The position numbers were made by a program, and so were the translations under genes. From Prevotella sp. (GTDB lineage Bacteria > Bacteroidota > Bacteroidia > Bacteroidales > Dysgonomonadaceae): a DNA stretch of 64,000 nucleotides. The DNA lies in assembly GCA_031285625.1 (NCBI GenBank), contig JAITVV010000093.1:32001-96000 (forward strand), given 5' to 3'. This document shows, one piece after another, positions 10,764 through 20,638 of this stretch (within the stretch, counting starts at the first letter, position 1; each line of letters starts with the position of its first letter). Below the pieces are notes generated by a model that searched no databases, was not told the origin of the DNA, and worked only from the letters and a program-made list of their open reading frames with translations.

Positions 10764-11789
10764 ATGGGATTATTCTCTTTTACTCAAGAAATAGCGATGG
10801 ATCTTGGCACAGCCAATACTATCATAATCCACAGCGACCGAATCGTTGTGGACCAGCCATCTGTGGTGGCTTTAGAACGTAAGACCGGAAAAGTAATAGC
10901 TGTAGGTGAACAGGCACGGCAGATGCATGGTAAAACCCATGAGGATATCCGTACTATCAGACCATTGAAAGATGGGGTTATTGCTGACTTTACTGCTGCG
11001 GAGCAAATGATTCGCGGTTTGATTAAAATGTTTAATAACAAGAGCCGTTTGTTCTCCCCGTCATTACGTATTGTGATCTGTATTCCATCAGGTAGTACCG
11101 AAGTAGAAACCCGTGCAATCCGCGACTCTGCAGAGCATGCAGGAGGACGTGATGTATATATGATCTATGAACCTATGGCTGCTGCTCTGGGTATAGGCTT
11201 GGATGTGGAAGCACCCGAAGGAAACATGATCGTTGATATAGGCGGTGGTACAACAGAGATTGCTGTAATCTCGCTTGGTGGTATTGTCTCCAACAAATCT
11301 ATTAAGATTGCGGGTGATGACCTTACTGAAGATATTCAGGAATATATGGGACGTCAACACAATATCAAAGTAGGAGAGAGGACAGCTGAAAATATTAAGA
11401 TTGCTGTAGGTGCAGCTTTGACCGAATTACCGGAAGAAGATATACCGGAAGATTTTATCGTACATGGTCCGAACAGAATGACTTCTTTGCCAATGGATAT
11501 TCCTGTTTCCTATCAGGAAATGGCCCATTGCCTGGATAAATCCATATCTAAAATGGATTCTGCTATTTTAAGTGCTTTGGAGCAAACTCCTCCGGAGCTG
11601 TATGCTGATATTGTTCGTAATGGTATTTACCTTACAGGGGGCGGTGCTTTGTTGAGAGGATTAAGCAAACGTTTCTCAGACAGAATCGGTATTACATTCC
11701 ATGTGGCAGAAGATCCATTGCATGCAGTGGCTAAAGGAACCGGTATAGCTCTTAAGAATATCGAGAAATTTAATTTCTTAATGAGATAA
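10764..11789 (+). CDS. mreB: Rod shape-determining actin-like protein MreB
   Basis: IAMDLGTANT, EPMAAALG, IVDIGGGTTE, LTGGGALL. Confidence 0.99.
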   Translation: MGLFSFTQEIAMDLGTANTIIIHSDRIVVDQPSVVALERKTGKVIAVGEQARQMHGKTHEDIRTIRPLKDGVIADFTAAEQMIRGLIKMFNNKSRLFSPSLRIVICIPSGSTEVETRAIRDSAEHAGGRDVYMIYEPMAAALGIGLDVEAPEGNMIVDIGGGTTEIAVISLGGIVSNKSIKIAGDDLTEDIQEYMGRQHNIKVGERTAENIKIAVGAALTELPEEDIPEDFIVHGPNRMTSLPMDIPVSYQEMAHCLDKSISKMDSAILSALEQTPPELYADIVRNGIYLTGGGALLRGLSKRFSDRIGITFHVAEDPLHAVAKGTGIALKNIEKFNFLMR

Positions 11790-11857
11790 ATTAAATAAAG
11801 ACCTCTTTAACAATAACCACAAACTGTATAGTTATTAATATAGATAATTACAGATAA

Positions 11858-12715
11858 ATGCATAATCTGATAAATTTTTTGAGAAGGAATATATACTGGT
11901 TTGTATTTATTTTTCTTGAAATCATCTGTTTTTATTTTATATTCAGTACAAACTCTTTTCAAAAGAGTGTGTTTTTTAACTCTTCCAATGAAATAACCGG
12001 AAGAGTTTATGCTATATCGGGTAGTTTCCTTTCATATTTTGGCCTCAAAACTGAAAACCAGGATTTGTTAATAAGGAATGCCGAGTTACATTCACAGATT
12101 TCTGAACTCAAAGATTATATCTATAATCTGGAGAATGATTCTATGAAAACGGAAGCTTTCCTAAACGATTCTACAAGATTTCAAAAGAAGCATAACTATA
12201 TAAAAGCACGGGTTGAAAATAATACGATATCACAAGTTTATAACTTTATTACTATAAATAAAGGGAAAAACGATGGTGTGAAACTGGATATGGGAGTTAT
12301 CTCACAGCAGGGAATTGTTGGTGTTGTTAGGGATATTACTCCAAATTATGCAGTTATTCAGCCTGTTCTGAACCCGCATAGCCGGTTTAGCTGTAAGATA
12401 TTGAATTCAAATACGGCAGGTACCCTTATATGGGAAGGTGGAGATCCACGTTATGCAAATCTGACGGAATATCCGAAATATGAAAAAGTCGAAAAAGGTG
12501 ATACGATAGTTACCAGTGGCTTTTCCGATATTTTTCCTGAAGGAATATTTGTAGGAGTAATAGAAGACTTTAAAAGTGAAGTCAATGATAACTTTTATAG
12601 CCTCAAAGTTAAATTATCCACAGATTTTGGAGCATTGAAGAGTGTTTTATTACTTGCAGGAAAAGATCAAGAGATAAAAGAATTAGAATCAAAAGTACGA
12701 AATGCTCAAAAGTAG
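11858..12715 (+). CDS. mreC: Rod shape-determining protein MreC
   Basis: N-terminal TM and coiled coil, ITINKGKNDGVK, GDTIVTSG; position in the mre operon. Confidence 0.96.
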   Translation: MHNLINFLRRNIYWFVFIFLEIICFYFIFSTNSFQKSVFFNSSNEITGRVYAISGSFLSYFGLKTENQDLLIRNAELHSQISELKDYIYNLENDSMKTEAFLNDSTRFQKKHNYIKARVENNTISQVYNFITINKGKNDGVKLDMGVISQQGIVGVVRDITPNYAVIQPVLNPHSRFSCKILNSNTAGTLIWEGGDPRYANLTEYPKYEKVEKGDTIVTSGFSDIFPEGIFVGVIEDFKSEVNDNFYSLKVKLSTDFGALKSVLLLAGKDQEIKELESKVRNAQK

Positions 12716-13229
12716 TTATATTAAATACATCATAATGTTTATCTTACTTGTACTGTTACAAGTATTAGTACTCAACCGGATTTCTATATTTGGCTATGGT
12801 GTACCTTTTGTATATATCTATTTTGTTCTTAAATTACCAATTGGTATTAATAGAAGTGTTACTATCTTGTTGAGTTTCCTTATAGGGCTTATTGTCGATA
12901 TCTTCTGTAATACACCGGGAATAAATGCTGCAGCAACTACATTGATCGGTTTACTGTGCCGGCCTATACAAAGCTTGTTTTTTATGGTGGATGACTACGA
13001 TGACCAAACGCCAGGCTTGTCTTTGCTAGGTGGAGCATTTGCCAAATATGCTATTTTGATGACTATCATCCATCATATAGTACTTATTTCCATCGAATCA
13101 TTTTCATATTTCAACCCTCAAATACTTTTGTCACGAATAGGTCTGTCTACATTGCTAACATTGGTATTGATCTTTGCGTTTGAAGGATTCTCTTTAAAGA
13201 AGAAAAGCTCATGGCAAAAGACAGCGTAG
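12702..13229 (+). CDS. mreD: Rod shape-determining protein MreD
   Basis: Hydrophobic 175-aa protein with GLIVDIFCNTPGINA, between mreC and mrdA. Confidence 0.93.
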   Translation: MLKSSYIKYIIMFILLVLLQVLVLNRISIFGYGVPFVYIYFVLKLPIGINRSVTILLSFLIGLIVDIFCNTPGINAAATTLIGLLCRPIQSLFFMVDDYDDQTPGLSLLGGAFAKYAILMTIIHHIVLISIESFSYFNPQILLSRIGLSTLLTLVLIFAFEGFSLKKKSSWQKTA

Positions 13230-15187
13230 ATCTTTCGAAAAGAAAATATGTCCTGGGAGGAATAGTCTCTGCAATTGTATTAATATATATTGCTCAGCTT
13301 TTTAATTTACAGATTCTGAGTACCGAGTATAAAGATTCTGCGGATGGGAATGCATTTTTTAATAGAACATTATTTCCTGCCAGAGGTATAATCTCTGATC
13401 GGAAAGACCGTATTCTGGTTTATAATCAGCCTACTTACGACATTGTTTACATTCCCCGTGAAGTACAACCTTTTGATACACTTGATTTTTGTAATTCTCT
13501 TCAGATAACAAAGGAGCAATTTGATAAGCGGATACTGGAAATCAAAGACCGTCGTCTTAATCCGGGATATTCGTCATATACAATGCAAACGTTTATGACA
13601 CAGCTTACAATTCAGGAAAGCGGATTACTACAAGAAAAACTTTATAAATTCCCCGGGTTTTTTATTCAGAATAGAGCTCTCCGCCAGTACAATTACCATA
13701 ATGCAGGCTTACTACTAGGCTATGTCGCCGAGGTCAGTAAGGGGCAGATGGAAAATGATAGCTATTATGCCAGAGGCGATTACGGTGGAAAATCGGGAAT
13801 AGAGTCTTCTTATGAAAAATATTTGAGAGGTGAAAAAGGGGTGGAAGTCTTACTGCGTGATGCTCATGGACGTATACAAGGCCGGTATGAACATGGCAAT
13901 CATGATGTCTCTCCTGTTTCGGGTAAGAATCTGACTTTATCTATTGATATCGATTTGCAGGCATATGGAGAACATTTGATGCAAAATAAAGTAGGTAGTA
14001 TTGTGATGATTGAACCATCTACCGGTGAAATATTATGTCTGGTAACATCTCCTACCTATGATCCGTCTATGTTATTATTGGGACGTAATTATATAAAAAA
14101 TTATAAAGAACTGGAAGATAATCCATTAAAGCCATTATATAACAGGGCTATACAAGGCATGTATCCTCCGGGATCTACTTTTAAAACAACTCAAGGGCTG
14201 ATTTTTCTGGAAGAAGGTATAATAACAGAGAATACAATGTACTCTTGTGCAGGAGGATATCCACCATTGGGTGGGCGACCTAAGTGTCATGGACACGGTT
14301 CACCATTGCCTTTGATACCAGCTATTGCAACTTCATGTAACTCATATTTCTGTTATGGATTGAGTGCTATGTTAGGGAACCGGACGAAATATGGAAGTAC
14401 AGTTGAAGCATTTGATGTATGGAAAGATCATATGGTGGACATGGGCTTTGGATATCCGCTTGGCGTTGATTTACCTTCGGAAAAGCGAGGATTCATACCT
14501 AACAGTAAATTTTATAGCAGGGCTTTTAAACGGGAAAATTGGAGCGCCTCTAATATAATATCAATTGCAATCGGACAAGGTGAGATTACAGCAACTCCTT
14601 TACAGGTTGCAAATCTTGCAGCTACAATTGCTAACAGAGGTTCTTATTTTACTCCTCATATTGTTCGTGAAATACAAGATACACCACTTGACAGTATTTA
14701 TACCCATCCACATTCAACAGGTATCAAGCGGGAACATTATGAGTCTATCGTTGAAGGTATGGCGCGTGCTGTAACCGGAGGTACTTGTAGGGGAGCTAAT
14801 TTATTGCCCGAAATAGAAGTCTGTGGAAAAACCGGTACTTCAGAAAATCCTCATGGGAAAGACCACTCCATTTTTATGGGATTTGCTCCGAAGGATAATC
14901 CTAAAGTTGCTATTTTTGTTATTGTAGAGAATGCAGGATTTGGCGCCACATTCGGTGTGCCCATCGGACGTTTAATGCTTCAGAAGTATTTGCAAGGTGA
15001 AATACCTGCCAGAGATAAATATATAGAGGATCGTATTGTTAATACAACAATATTGCCTCAGACATTCATTAATTGGAACCGGAATAACAAGGGTTCAAAT
15101 GAATTTTATCAGCCTGCAGTACAGCCGGTTGATGCTTCAGAAAATACTTTAATAAGTCCATTCACCCCAGACAGTGAGGATAATTAA
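13211..15187 (+). CDS. mrdA: Penicillin-binding protein 2
   Basis: PARGIISDR, YPPGSTFK (SxxK), SCN (SxN), GKTGTSE (KTG). Confidence 0.97.
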   Translation: MAKDSVDLSKRKYVLGGIVSAIVLIYIAQLFNLQILSTEYKDSADGNAFFNRTLFPARGIISDRKDRILVYNQPTYDIVYIPREVQPFDTLDFCNSLQITKEQFDKRILEIKDRRLNPGYSSYTMQTFMTQLTIQESGLLQEKLYKFPGFFIQNRALRQYNYHNAGLLLGYVAEVSKGQMENDSYYARGDYGGKSGIESSYEKYLRGEKGVEVLLRDAHGRIQGRYEHGNHDVSPVSGKNLTLSIDIDLQAYGEHLMQNKVGSIVMIEPSTGEILCLVTSPTYDPSMLLLGRNYIKNYKELEDNPLKPLYNRAIQGMYPPGSTFKTTQGLIFLEEGIITENTMYSCAGGYPPLGGRPKCHGHGSPLPLIPAIATSCNSYFCYGLSAMLGNRTKYGSTVEAFDVWKDHMVDMGFGYPLGVDLPSEKRGFIPNSKFYSRAFKRENWSASNIISIAIGQGEITATPLQVANLAATIANRGSYFTPHIVREIQDTPLDSIYTHPHSTGIKREHYESIVEGMARAVTGGTCRGANLLPEIEVCGKTGTSENPHGKDHSIFMGFAPKDNPKVAIFVIVENAGFGATFGVPIGRLMLQKYLQGEIPARDKYIEDRIVNTTILPQTFINWNRNNKGSNEFYQPAVQPVDASENTLISPFTPDSEDN

Positions 15188-15190
15188 AGA

Positions 15191-15358
15191 TTATTATCTA
15201 ATAATAGAGGAAACAGAAAAGTAACATATGATGAAAAGTCGAAACAGGTTTTAGAACTGTTACTTTTGTTACCTTTTAGATAATAGTAGTAAATTATAAG
15301 TAGTAAGTAAAAAGTAACAATAAAAACAAGCTGAAAGGTGTTACTTTTGTCACTTTTT
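15191..15358 (+). repeat. Two tandem units of a dispersed GTAACA/TGTYAC element
   Basis: Unit 1: TTATCTAATAATAGAG, then AAAAGTAACA (15217-26), N31, TGTTACTTTTGTTACCTTTT (15258-77). Unit 2: AAAAAGTAACA (15309-19), N19, TGTTACTTTTGTCACTTTTT (15339-58). Confidence 0.8.
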
Positions 15359-15371
15359 CTAAACAAGATAA

Positions 15372-16829
15372 ATGTATCAGAGAGAAGAAGAACATATAAA
15401 GAGTAGTGTAGACTGGTTTACAATTATATTGTATATCATCATGGTATTTTTCGGATGGTTTAGTATCTATGGTGCCAGTTATAACTACGAGCATGCTACC
15501 AGTATGTTCGACCTCTCCGGGCGGGCTGGTATGCAGTTGGTATGGATTGGTACATCTTTAGTTTTGGGCTTCATTATCTTAAAGTTAGATAGTAATTTAT
15601 ACGATATTCTGGCCTATTATATATATGCGGCATTCATGTTGCTTCTTTTATTGACAGTCATTATAGCACCGGATATAAAAGGTTCGCGATCGTGGCTCGT
15701 AATAACAGATACGATACGATTACAGCCAGCTGAGTTTGCTAAATTTGCCGTAGCATTGGCACTGGCAAGATTCCTTAATAGCTATAACTTTAAGTTACTT
15801 ACAGCAAAGAACTTACTTATAATTGCGGGTATAATAATCTTACCCATGTTGCTTATCCTATTGCAGAAAGAAACAGGATCGGCACTGGTATATACCGTTT
15901 TTATCCTGATGCTGTATAGAGAAGGCTTGCCTGGAGTTGTTTTATTCCTGGGACTTTCGGCCATTGTCTTTTTTGTAGTAGGGCTCAAATATTCTGAAAC
16001 AGATATAGGATTTATATCCACAGGGGAGTTTATGACTATAATAATGGTAATTATTATATCTGCGGCATTGCTCCTTAGTTACAGGCAAGATAAAGTTGCT
16101 GCGCGGAATATTATATTAGGGGCTCTTGTTTTATTTGGTATTCCTTATCTTATTTCATTATTAGATGTTAATATCGATTTTGGAATAATAGCTTTTGTAT
16201 CAATTGGGATTTTAGTGATTTATCTCTTATTTTTAGCTAGAAAATATTGGTCGAAAGTTTATCTCTTAACAGCTGCATTTGCAATAGGTAGTGTCCTGTT
16301 TGTGAGCTCAATAGATTACTTATTTAATGATGTTATGCAGCCTCACCAGCAAATGCGTATAAAGGTGACATTAGGTATGGAGGATGATCTGATGGGTGCA
16401 GGATATAATGTAAATCAATCGAAGATAGCGATCGGGTCGGGGGGACTGCTTGGCAAAGGATATCTGAATGGTACACAAACCAAATTGAAATATGTACCGG
16501 AACAAGATACAGACTTCATATTTTGTACAGTGGGAGAAGAGCAAGGGTTTGCAGGATCGGTTCTGGTCTTGATATTATTCTCAGCTCTTATTTTACGGTT
16601 GTTCTTTCTGTCCGAACGGCAGAAAAGCACATTTGGACGTGTGTATGGTTATTGTGTGGCATGTATATTCTTTTTCCATCTGGCTATAAATGTAGGAATG
16701 GTAATTGGGTTGACACCGGTCATTGGTATTCCTCTACCTTTCTTTAGTTATGGAGGTTCTTCTCTGTGGGGATTTACTATTCTGTTATTTATATTCTTGC
16801 GTATCGATATGGCAAGAAAGCGTAGATAA
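15372..16829 (+). CDS. rodA: SEDS peptidoglycan polymerase RodA
   Basis: KGSRSW, LQPAEFAK, GYNVNQSKIAIGSGG, VPEQDTDFIF, GIPLPFFSYGGSS. Confidence 0.98.
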   Translation: MYQREEEHIKSSVDWFTIILYIIMVFFGWFSIYGASYNYEHATSMFDLSGRAGMQLVWIGTSLVLGFIILKLDSNLYDILAYYIYAAFMLLLLLTVIIAPDIKGSRSWLVITDTIRLQPAEFAKFAVALALARFLNSYNFKLLTAKNLLIIAGIIILPMLLILLQKETGSALVYTVFILMLYREGLPGVVLFLGLSAIVFFVVGLKYSETDIGFISTGEFMTIIMVIIISAALLLSYRQDKVAARNIILGALVLFGIPYLISLLDVNIDFGIIAFVSIGILVIYLLFLARKYWSKVYLLTAAFAIGSVLFVSSIDYLFNDVMQPHQQMRIKVTLGMEDDLMGAGYNVNQSKIAIGSGGLLGKGYLNGTQTKLKYVPEQDTDFIFCTVGEEQGFAGSVLVLILFSALILRLFFLSERQKSTFGRVYGYCVACIFFFHLAINVGMVIGLTPVIGIPLPFFSYGGSSLWGFTILLFIFLRIDMARKRR

Positions 16830-16837
16830 TAGACTTT

Positions 16838-17836
16838 CTATAAGCTTAGATATTTCGCAAGTTCTTCAAAACTAGGAACATCTGTAGATACACCGTTCTT
16901 TATTATAGTTATAGTTTGAGGTGAAGATACTATAGAGAATAATGTCTCATTATTATTATCTGAAACAGAAAATCCATGTCTTTCCAGCATGTTTTTGGTC
17001 CAATGATGGTATATGCCTTCTGCATTCAGATATACTTTCTTGTTATTTGCTCTTTTAGGTAGAAAATTACCTGTATATCTGTCAAATACGATATTTTCTC
17101 CTTTAAAGAAGTTATCCATTTTTCCAGAAAGGATTATATCTTCAGTAACTCCATTCACTAAGCCATTGTTTCGGGATAAGAGCCATAAACGATCGGCTAG
17201 GAGTAAGGCCATATCGATGTCATGTGTCGATAATAATATTGTTTTGGACTGATCCATAGCTAGATGATGGAGTAAGTTCATTATCTCTATTCTACTTTCT
17301 ATATCAAGAAATGCTGTAGGTTCATCCAGTAATACTATCGGGCATTCTTGTGCTAAAACTTTGGCTATCATTACTTTCTGTCGCTCTCCATCCGATAGTT
17401 CAGCCATGTAAGAATTAGCCTTATAAGCAATACCAACATCTTCCATTGCCCTATGTACAATGTCTTTATCATTTGCAGTCAATTGGCCGAAAAATCCAGT
17501 ATATGGATAGCGTCCGAGCTCAACTAATTCTCTGACCAGAAGCCCTCCTGTCGATGTTTTATCTGTTAGTACGAGCCCAAGTTGTTGTGATAGTTCTTTT
17601 TCTGATAGAGTTGAAATATCTTTGTTATAAAGGTATATTTCTCCATTTAATGCTGGTTGTGAGGCGCTTACTGTTCGTAATAAAGTTGATTTTCCGGCAC
17701 CATTTGCACCTAACAGGCAAACTAACTCTCCTTTATATAACTCAAACGAAAGGTTATTGTATAGTATATCCCTATCTCTATGTTTTGATTTTAAGTAACC
17801 AATACTGATATTCTGAGCTTTAATTACTGTATCCAT
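16838..17836 (-). CDS. Cobalamin/iron-siderophore ABC transporter ATP-binding protein (BtuD/FecE type)
   Basis: GANGAGKST Walker A, LSDGERQKVMIAKVLAQ, LLDEPTAFLD, STHD. Confidence 0.92.
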   Translation of the reverse strand: MDTVIKAQNISIGYLKSKHRDRDILYNNLSFELYKGELVCLLGANGAGKSTLLRTVSASQPALNGEIYLYNKDISTLSEKELSQQLGLVLTDKTSTGGLLVRELVELGRYPYTGFFGQLTANDKDIVHRAMEDVGIAYKANSYMAELSDGERQKVMIAKVLAQECPIVLLDEPTAFLDIESRIEIMNLLHHLAMDQSKTILLSTHDIDMALLLADRLWLLSRNNGLVNGVTEDIILSGKMDNFFKGENIVFDRYTGNFLPKRANNKKVYLNAEGIYHHWTKNMLERHGFSVSDNNNETLFSIVSSPQTITIIKNGVSTDVPSFEELAKYLSL

Positions 17837-18867
17837 TAGTGGAAATATTGTATTTTCTTCTGATTAAGAATCACATATATAATAACAGGCGCTCCGAATA
17901 TTGGTGTTACTGCATTTAATGGTAATACACCATTTGCTCCAGGGAGAACACAAATCAGATTACAGAGTAATGCCATTGCCGAGCCAACTAATATAGTAAC
18001 TGGCAGTAACGACTTATGATTAGATGTTCCAAGTAATAATCTGGCAATATGCGGAACAGCTAATCCTATAAATGCTATAGGCCCACAAAAAGCACAGGTA
18101 ATCGCAGTTATTAAGCCAGCACATAAGAGCAGTAAGAAACGGATCAGTTTTATATTTACACCTAAGTTTGAAGCATACCTTTCTCCTAATAGCAAAGCAT
18201 TCAGAGGTTTAATGAGAAGTATGGATAAAAGTAAACCAATACTAACTACTATACAATAAAAAGGTAATTGTTCTCTTGATACCCCAGAAAAATCACCCAT
18301 TCCCCATATCATAAATGAATATGCATCTTCGCTTGTACTCCAAAATTTGAGTATGGAAATAATTGAAGATGTTAAATAGCCTACCATTATACCGATAATT
18401 AGTAGCATTACATTGTTTCTGATAACAGATGCAAATCCCATAATGATAACGAGAATTATGGCTGCACCTACAAATGCTCCTAATACAATGCTCATAGAAT
18501 AAGAAAAGTCAAATCCACCAACTGATCCAATACTATTCCCTATTAATAATATCACTAGTGCAACTCCCAGATTTGCTCCGGAGCTTATACCTAATATGCC
18601 GGCATCTGCTAAGGGATTACGAAAGGCTGTTTGTAATAAAAGTCCGGATACGGCGATTGCTCCACCCGAAAATAATGCTGTTATGGCTTGAGGCAAGCGC
18701 GATTCGAGTATAATATATGTCCAAGCTTGTTTCTCAACCTCATTTCCTTGCAATATTTGAAAGATAGCTTGCACTGGGATTGATACAGAGCCTAGAAATA
18801 GGTTTATCACAAATAGGATAACTATGCTAATGATGAATAGTAAACTATATGTCAGACCTTTTGACAT
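17836..18867 (-). CDS. Cobalamin/iron-siderophore ABC transporter permease (BtuC/FecCD type)
   Basis: RLPQAITA, LQTAFRNPLAD, LNALLLGERYASNLG, GPIAFIGLAVPHIAR. ATG at 18867 preferred over the TTG at 18873. Confidence 0.92.
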   Translation of the reverse strand: MSKGLTYSLLFIISIVILFVINLFLGSVSIPVQAIFQILQGNEVEKQAWTYIILESRLPQAITALFSGGAIAVSGLLLQTAFRNPLADAGILGISSGANLGVALVILLIGNSIGSVGGFDFSYSMSIVLGAFVGAAIILVIIMGFASVIRNNVMLLIIGIMVGYLTSSIISILKFWSTSEDAYSFMIWGMGDFSGVSREQLPFYCIVVSIGLLLSILLIKPLNALLLGERYASNLGVNIKLIRFLLLLCAGLITAITCAFCGPIAFIGLAVPHIARLLLGTSNHKSLLPVTILVGSAMALLCNLICVLPGANGVLPLNAVTPIFGAPVIIYVILNQKKIQYFH

Positions 18868-18888
18868 CTTCAAATTCTTCGGTTTTAT

Positions 18889-18916
18889 AAAAAGCCCCTC
18901 TTATACAAGAAGGGCT
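18889..18916 (-). terminator. Terminator-like hairpin between the C69 gene and the permease
   Basis: Minus strand reads AGCCCTTCTTG-TA-TAAGAGGGGCT followed by TTTT. Confidence 0.65.
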
Positions 18917-18926
18917 GATATATTTC

Positions 18927-20550
18927 TTAGTATAATACTTTGTATTTATCTCCGGTTTCTTTTACCACACGTTGATAGAAATCTGCCGGGTATCCTACAC
19001 GTTGTGGTGAAGAAGATTTACCATGCTCATTGCGGATAAATTCTCCGTCTTTCTCTTTACGAACTATGCCATCCATATATTTGATAACAAGAAATTCACC
19101 TAGTTTCTTCCACTTATCAAAAGCATACTGAGCTTGGGTACCACTATATTTTGTCAGGAATTGTACAGCCTGCTCAGGAGATTTATTATATAACTCTAAA
19201 GCCTCTTTCTCAGTATTATCTTGTTCTGCAAAGAATTTACCTTCAAGTTCTTTTTGCACTTTTTCCAGATCAGGATGCATGTATTCATACTTGTTATACA
19301 CCATATTCGAGACCCAGTTTTGAATCCAGAAACTGGAAGTCCAAGAGAATGTATACAAGTCACCATTACCTTCACGATAGCATTCAGGAACTTCAGTTAT
19401 AGAGCAATACATTGGTGTAAATACGGTCTGATCAGCATCATCAGTACCAAACCATAAAACTCCTCCAATAGGATTAGGTAACCATGAACGCATCTGAGCT
19501 GTAAATACAAAACCTAGCAATAGGACGTTCATTACAGTATTCTTCAGAATCTGACTTCCATGTCAATGGTGCCCAGCGATATGGAGACTTGAATGGTCCG
19601 GCGCCTACATCATTTGTCCAATCTAGGGCAGTGCCTTCATAGTGATCACGCATCATTTCCTGTATATCCGCAAGAGACAATTTCCTGTCGGGCTTTATAT
19701 ATAGTGGCATTGATTCTTGCGTTTTGCCTTGTGCATATGTTACATATTTAGCCATATCTTTATTGTAGCGATTAAAGAAGCTCCATACACGTGCTTCACA
19801 GAAACGTTGTCCTCCAAAATCTAACGGATTATATGCTTTGGCAAAGCTAAAATCTTTATCGCTACCAGAATAATAACCTTTTTCTTTAGCAAATGAAATT
19901 ACATCTTTTGAGTAGATACAATTTTCAGGATCATTTAGTGGAAATTGCTGTATTCTGGCCTGATTGGCATGAGCTGATATACAGTCATCAGGAATGCGTA
20001 CAGCTACCCATACAGCTCCTTTATTTCCCTTTCCTTTACCAATCATTTCCAATACCCATATTTCGTTTGGATCGCCAATCGAAAATGATTCTCCGCCACT
20101 ATAATAACCATATTCTGTAACCAGGTCAGTCATAATCTTTATAGCTTCTCTAGCCGTTCTGGCTCTCTGTAGTGTTATATAAATAAGACTGCCATAGTCT
20201 ATGATTCCATTTGGATCAGCTAACTCTTCACGACCTCCAAAAGTTGTTTCTCCTATTGTAAGCTGAAATTCATTCATGTTACCAACTACATTATATGTTT
20301 GGCTAACTTGAGCTATTTCTCCTAAATATTTTCCTGAATCCCATTCATGTACTTTTAGCATTTCTCCGTTAGCATATTTTTTGGCAGGCCAATGGTACAG
20401 TTCCCCAAATAAGGCATAAGAGTCTGCCGAATATGTTATCATCGTAGATCCGTCGACAGACGCATATTTACCGACTAATAGGTTTGTGCACGCAAATATG
20501 TGAATCTCGCAGACTAAACAAAATAACATCAAAAGTGATAATTTCCTCAT
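18927..20550 (-). pseudogene. Peptidase family C69 dipeptidase, split by a frameshift at about 19515
   Basis: Signal peptide followed by CTNLLVG (Ntn Cys), GNMNEFQLTIGETTFGGR, HANQARI. The frame breaks after NERPIA and resumes in another frame at GFVFTAQMRSWLP (ORFs 19474..20586 and 18927..19532). Confidence 0.88.
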
Positions 20551-20638
20551 AGTTAAAATTTTTGTTATGGTGTAAAGATACTTCAATTAATTTATTTATA
20601 GAGTTAATCAATAATCGAAAATACAAATATTCTTACCA

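Noticed and set aside
15217-15358. GTAACA/TGTYAC repeats read as a CRISPR array or integron attC sites
   Set aside because: No run of identical direct repeats, no cas or integrase gene, and the ends do not fit RYYYAAC/GTTRRRY.
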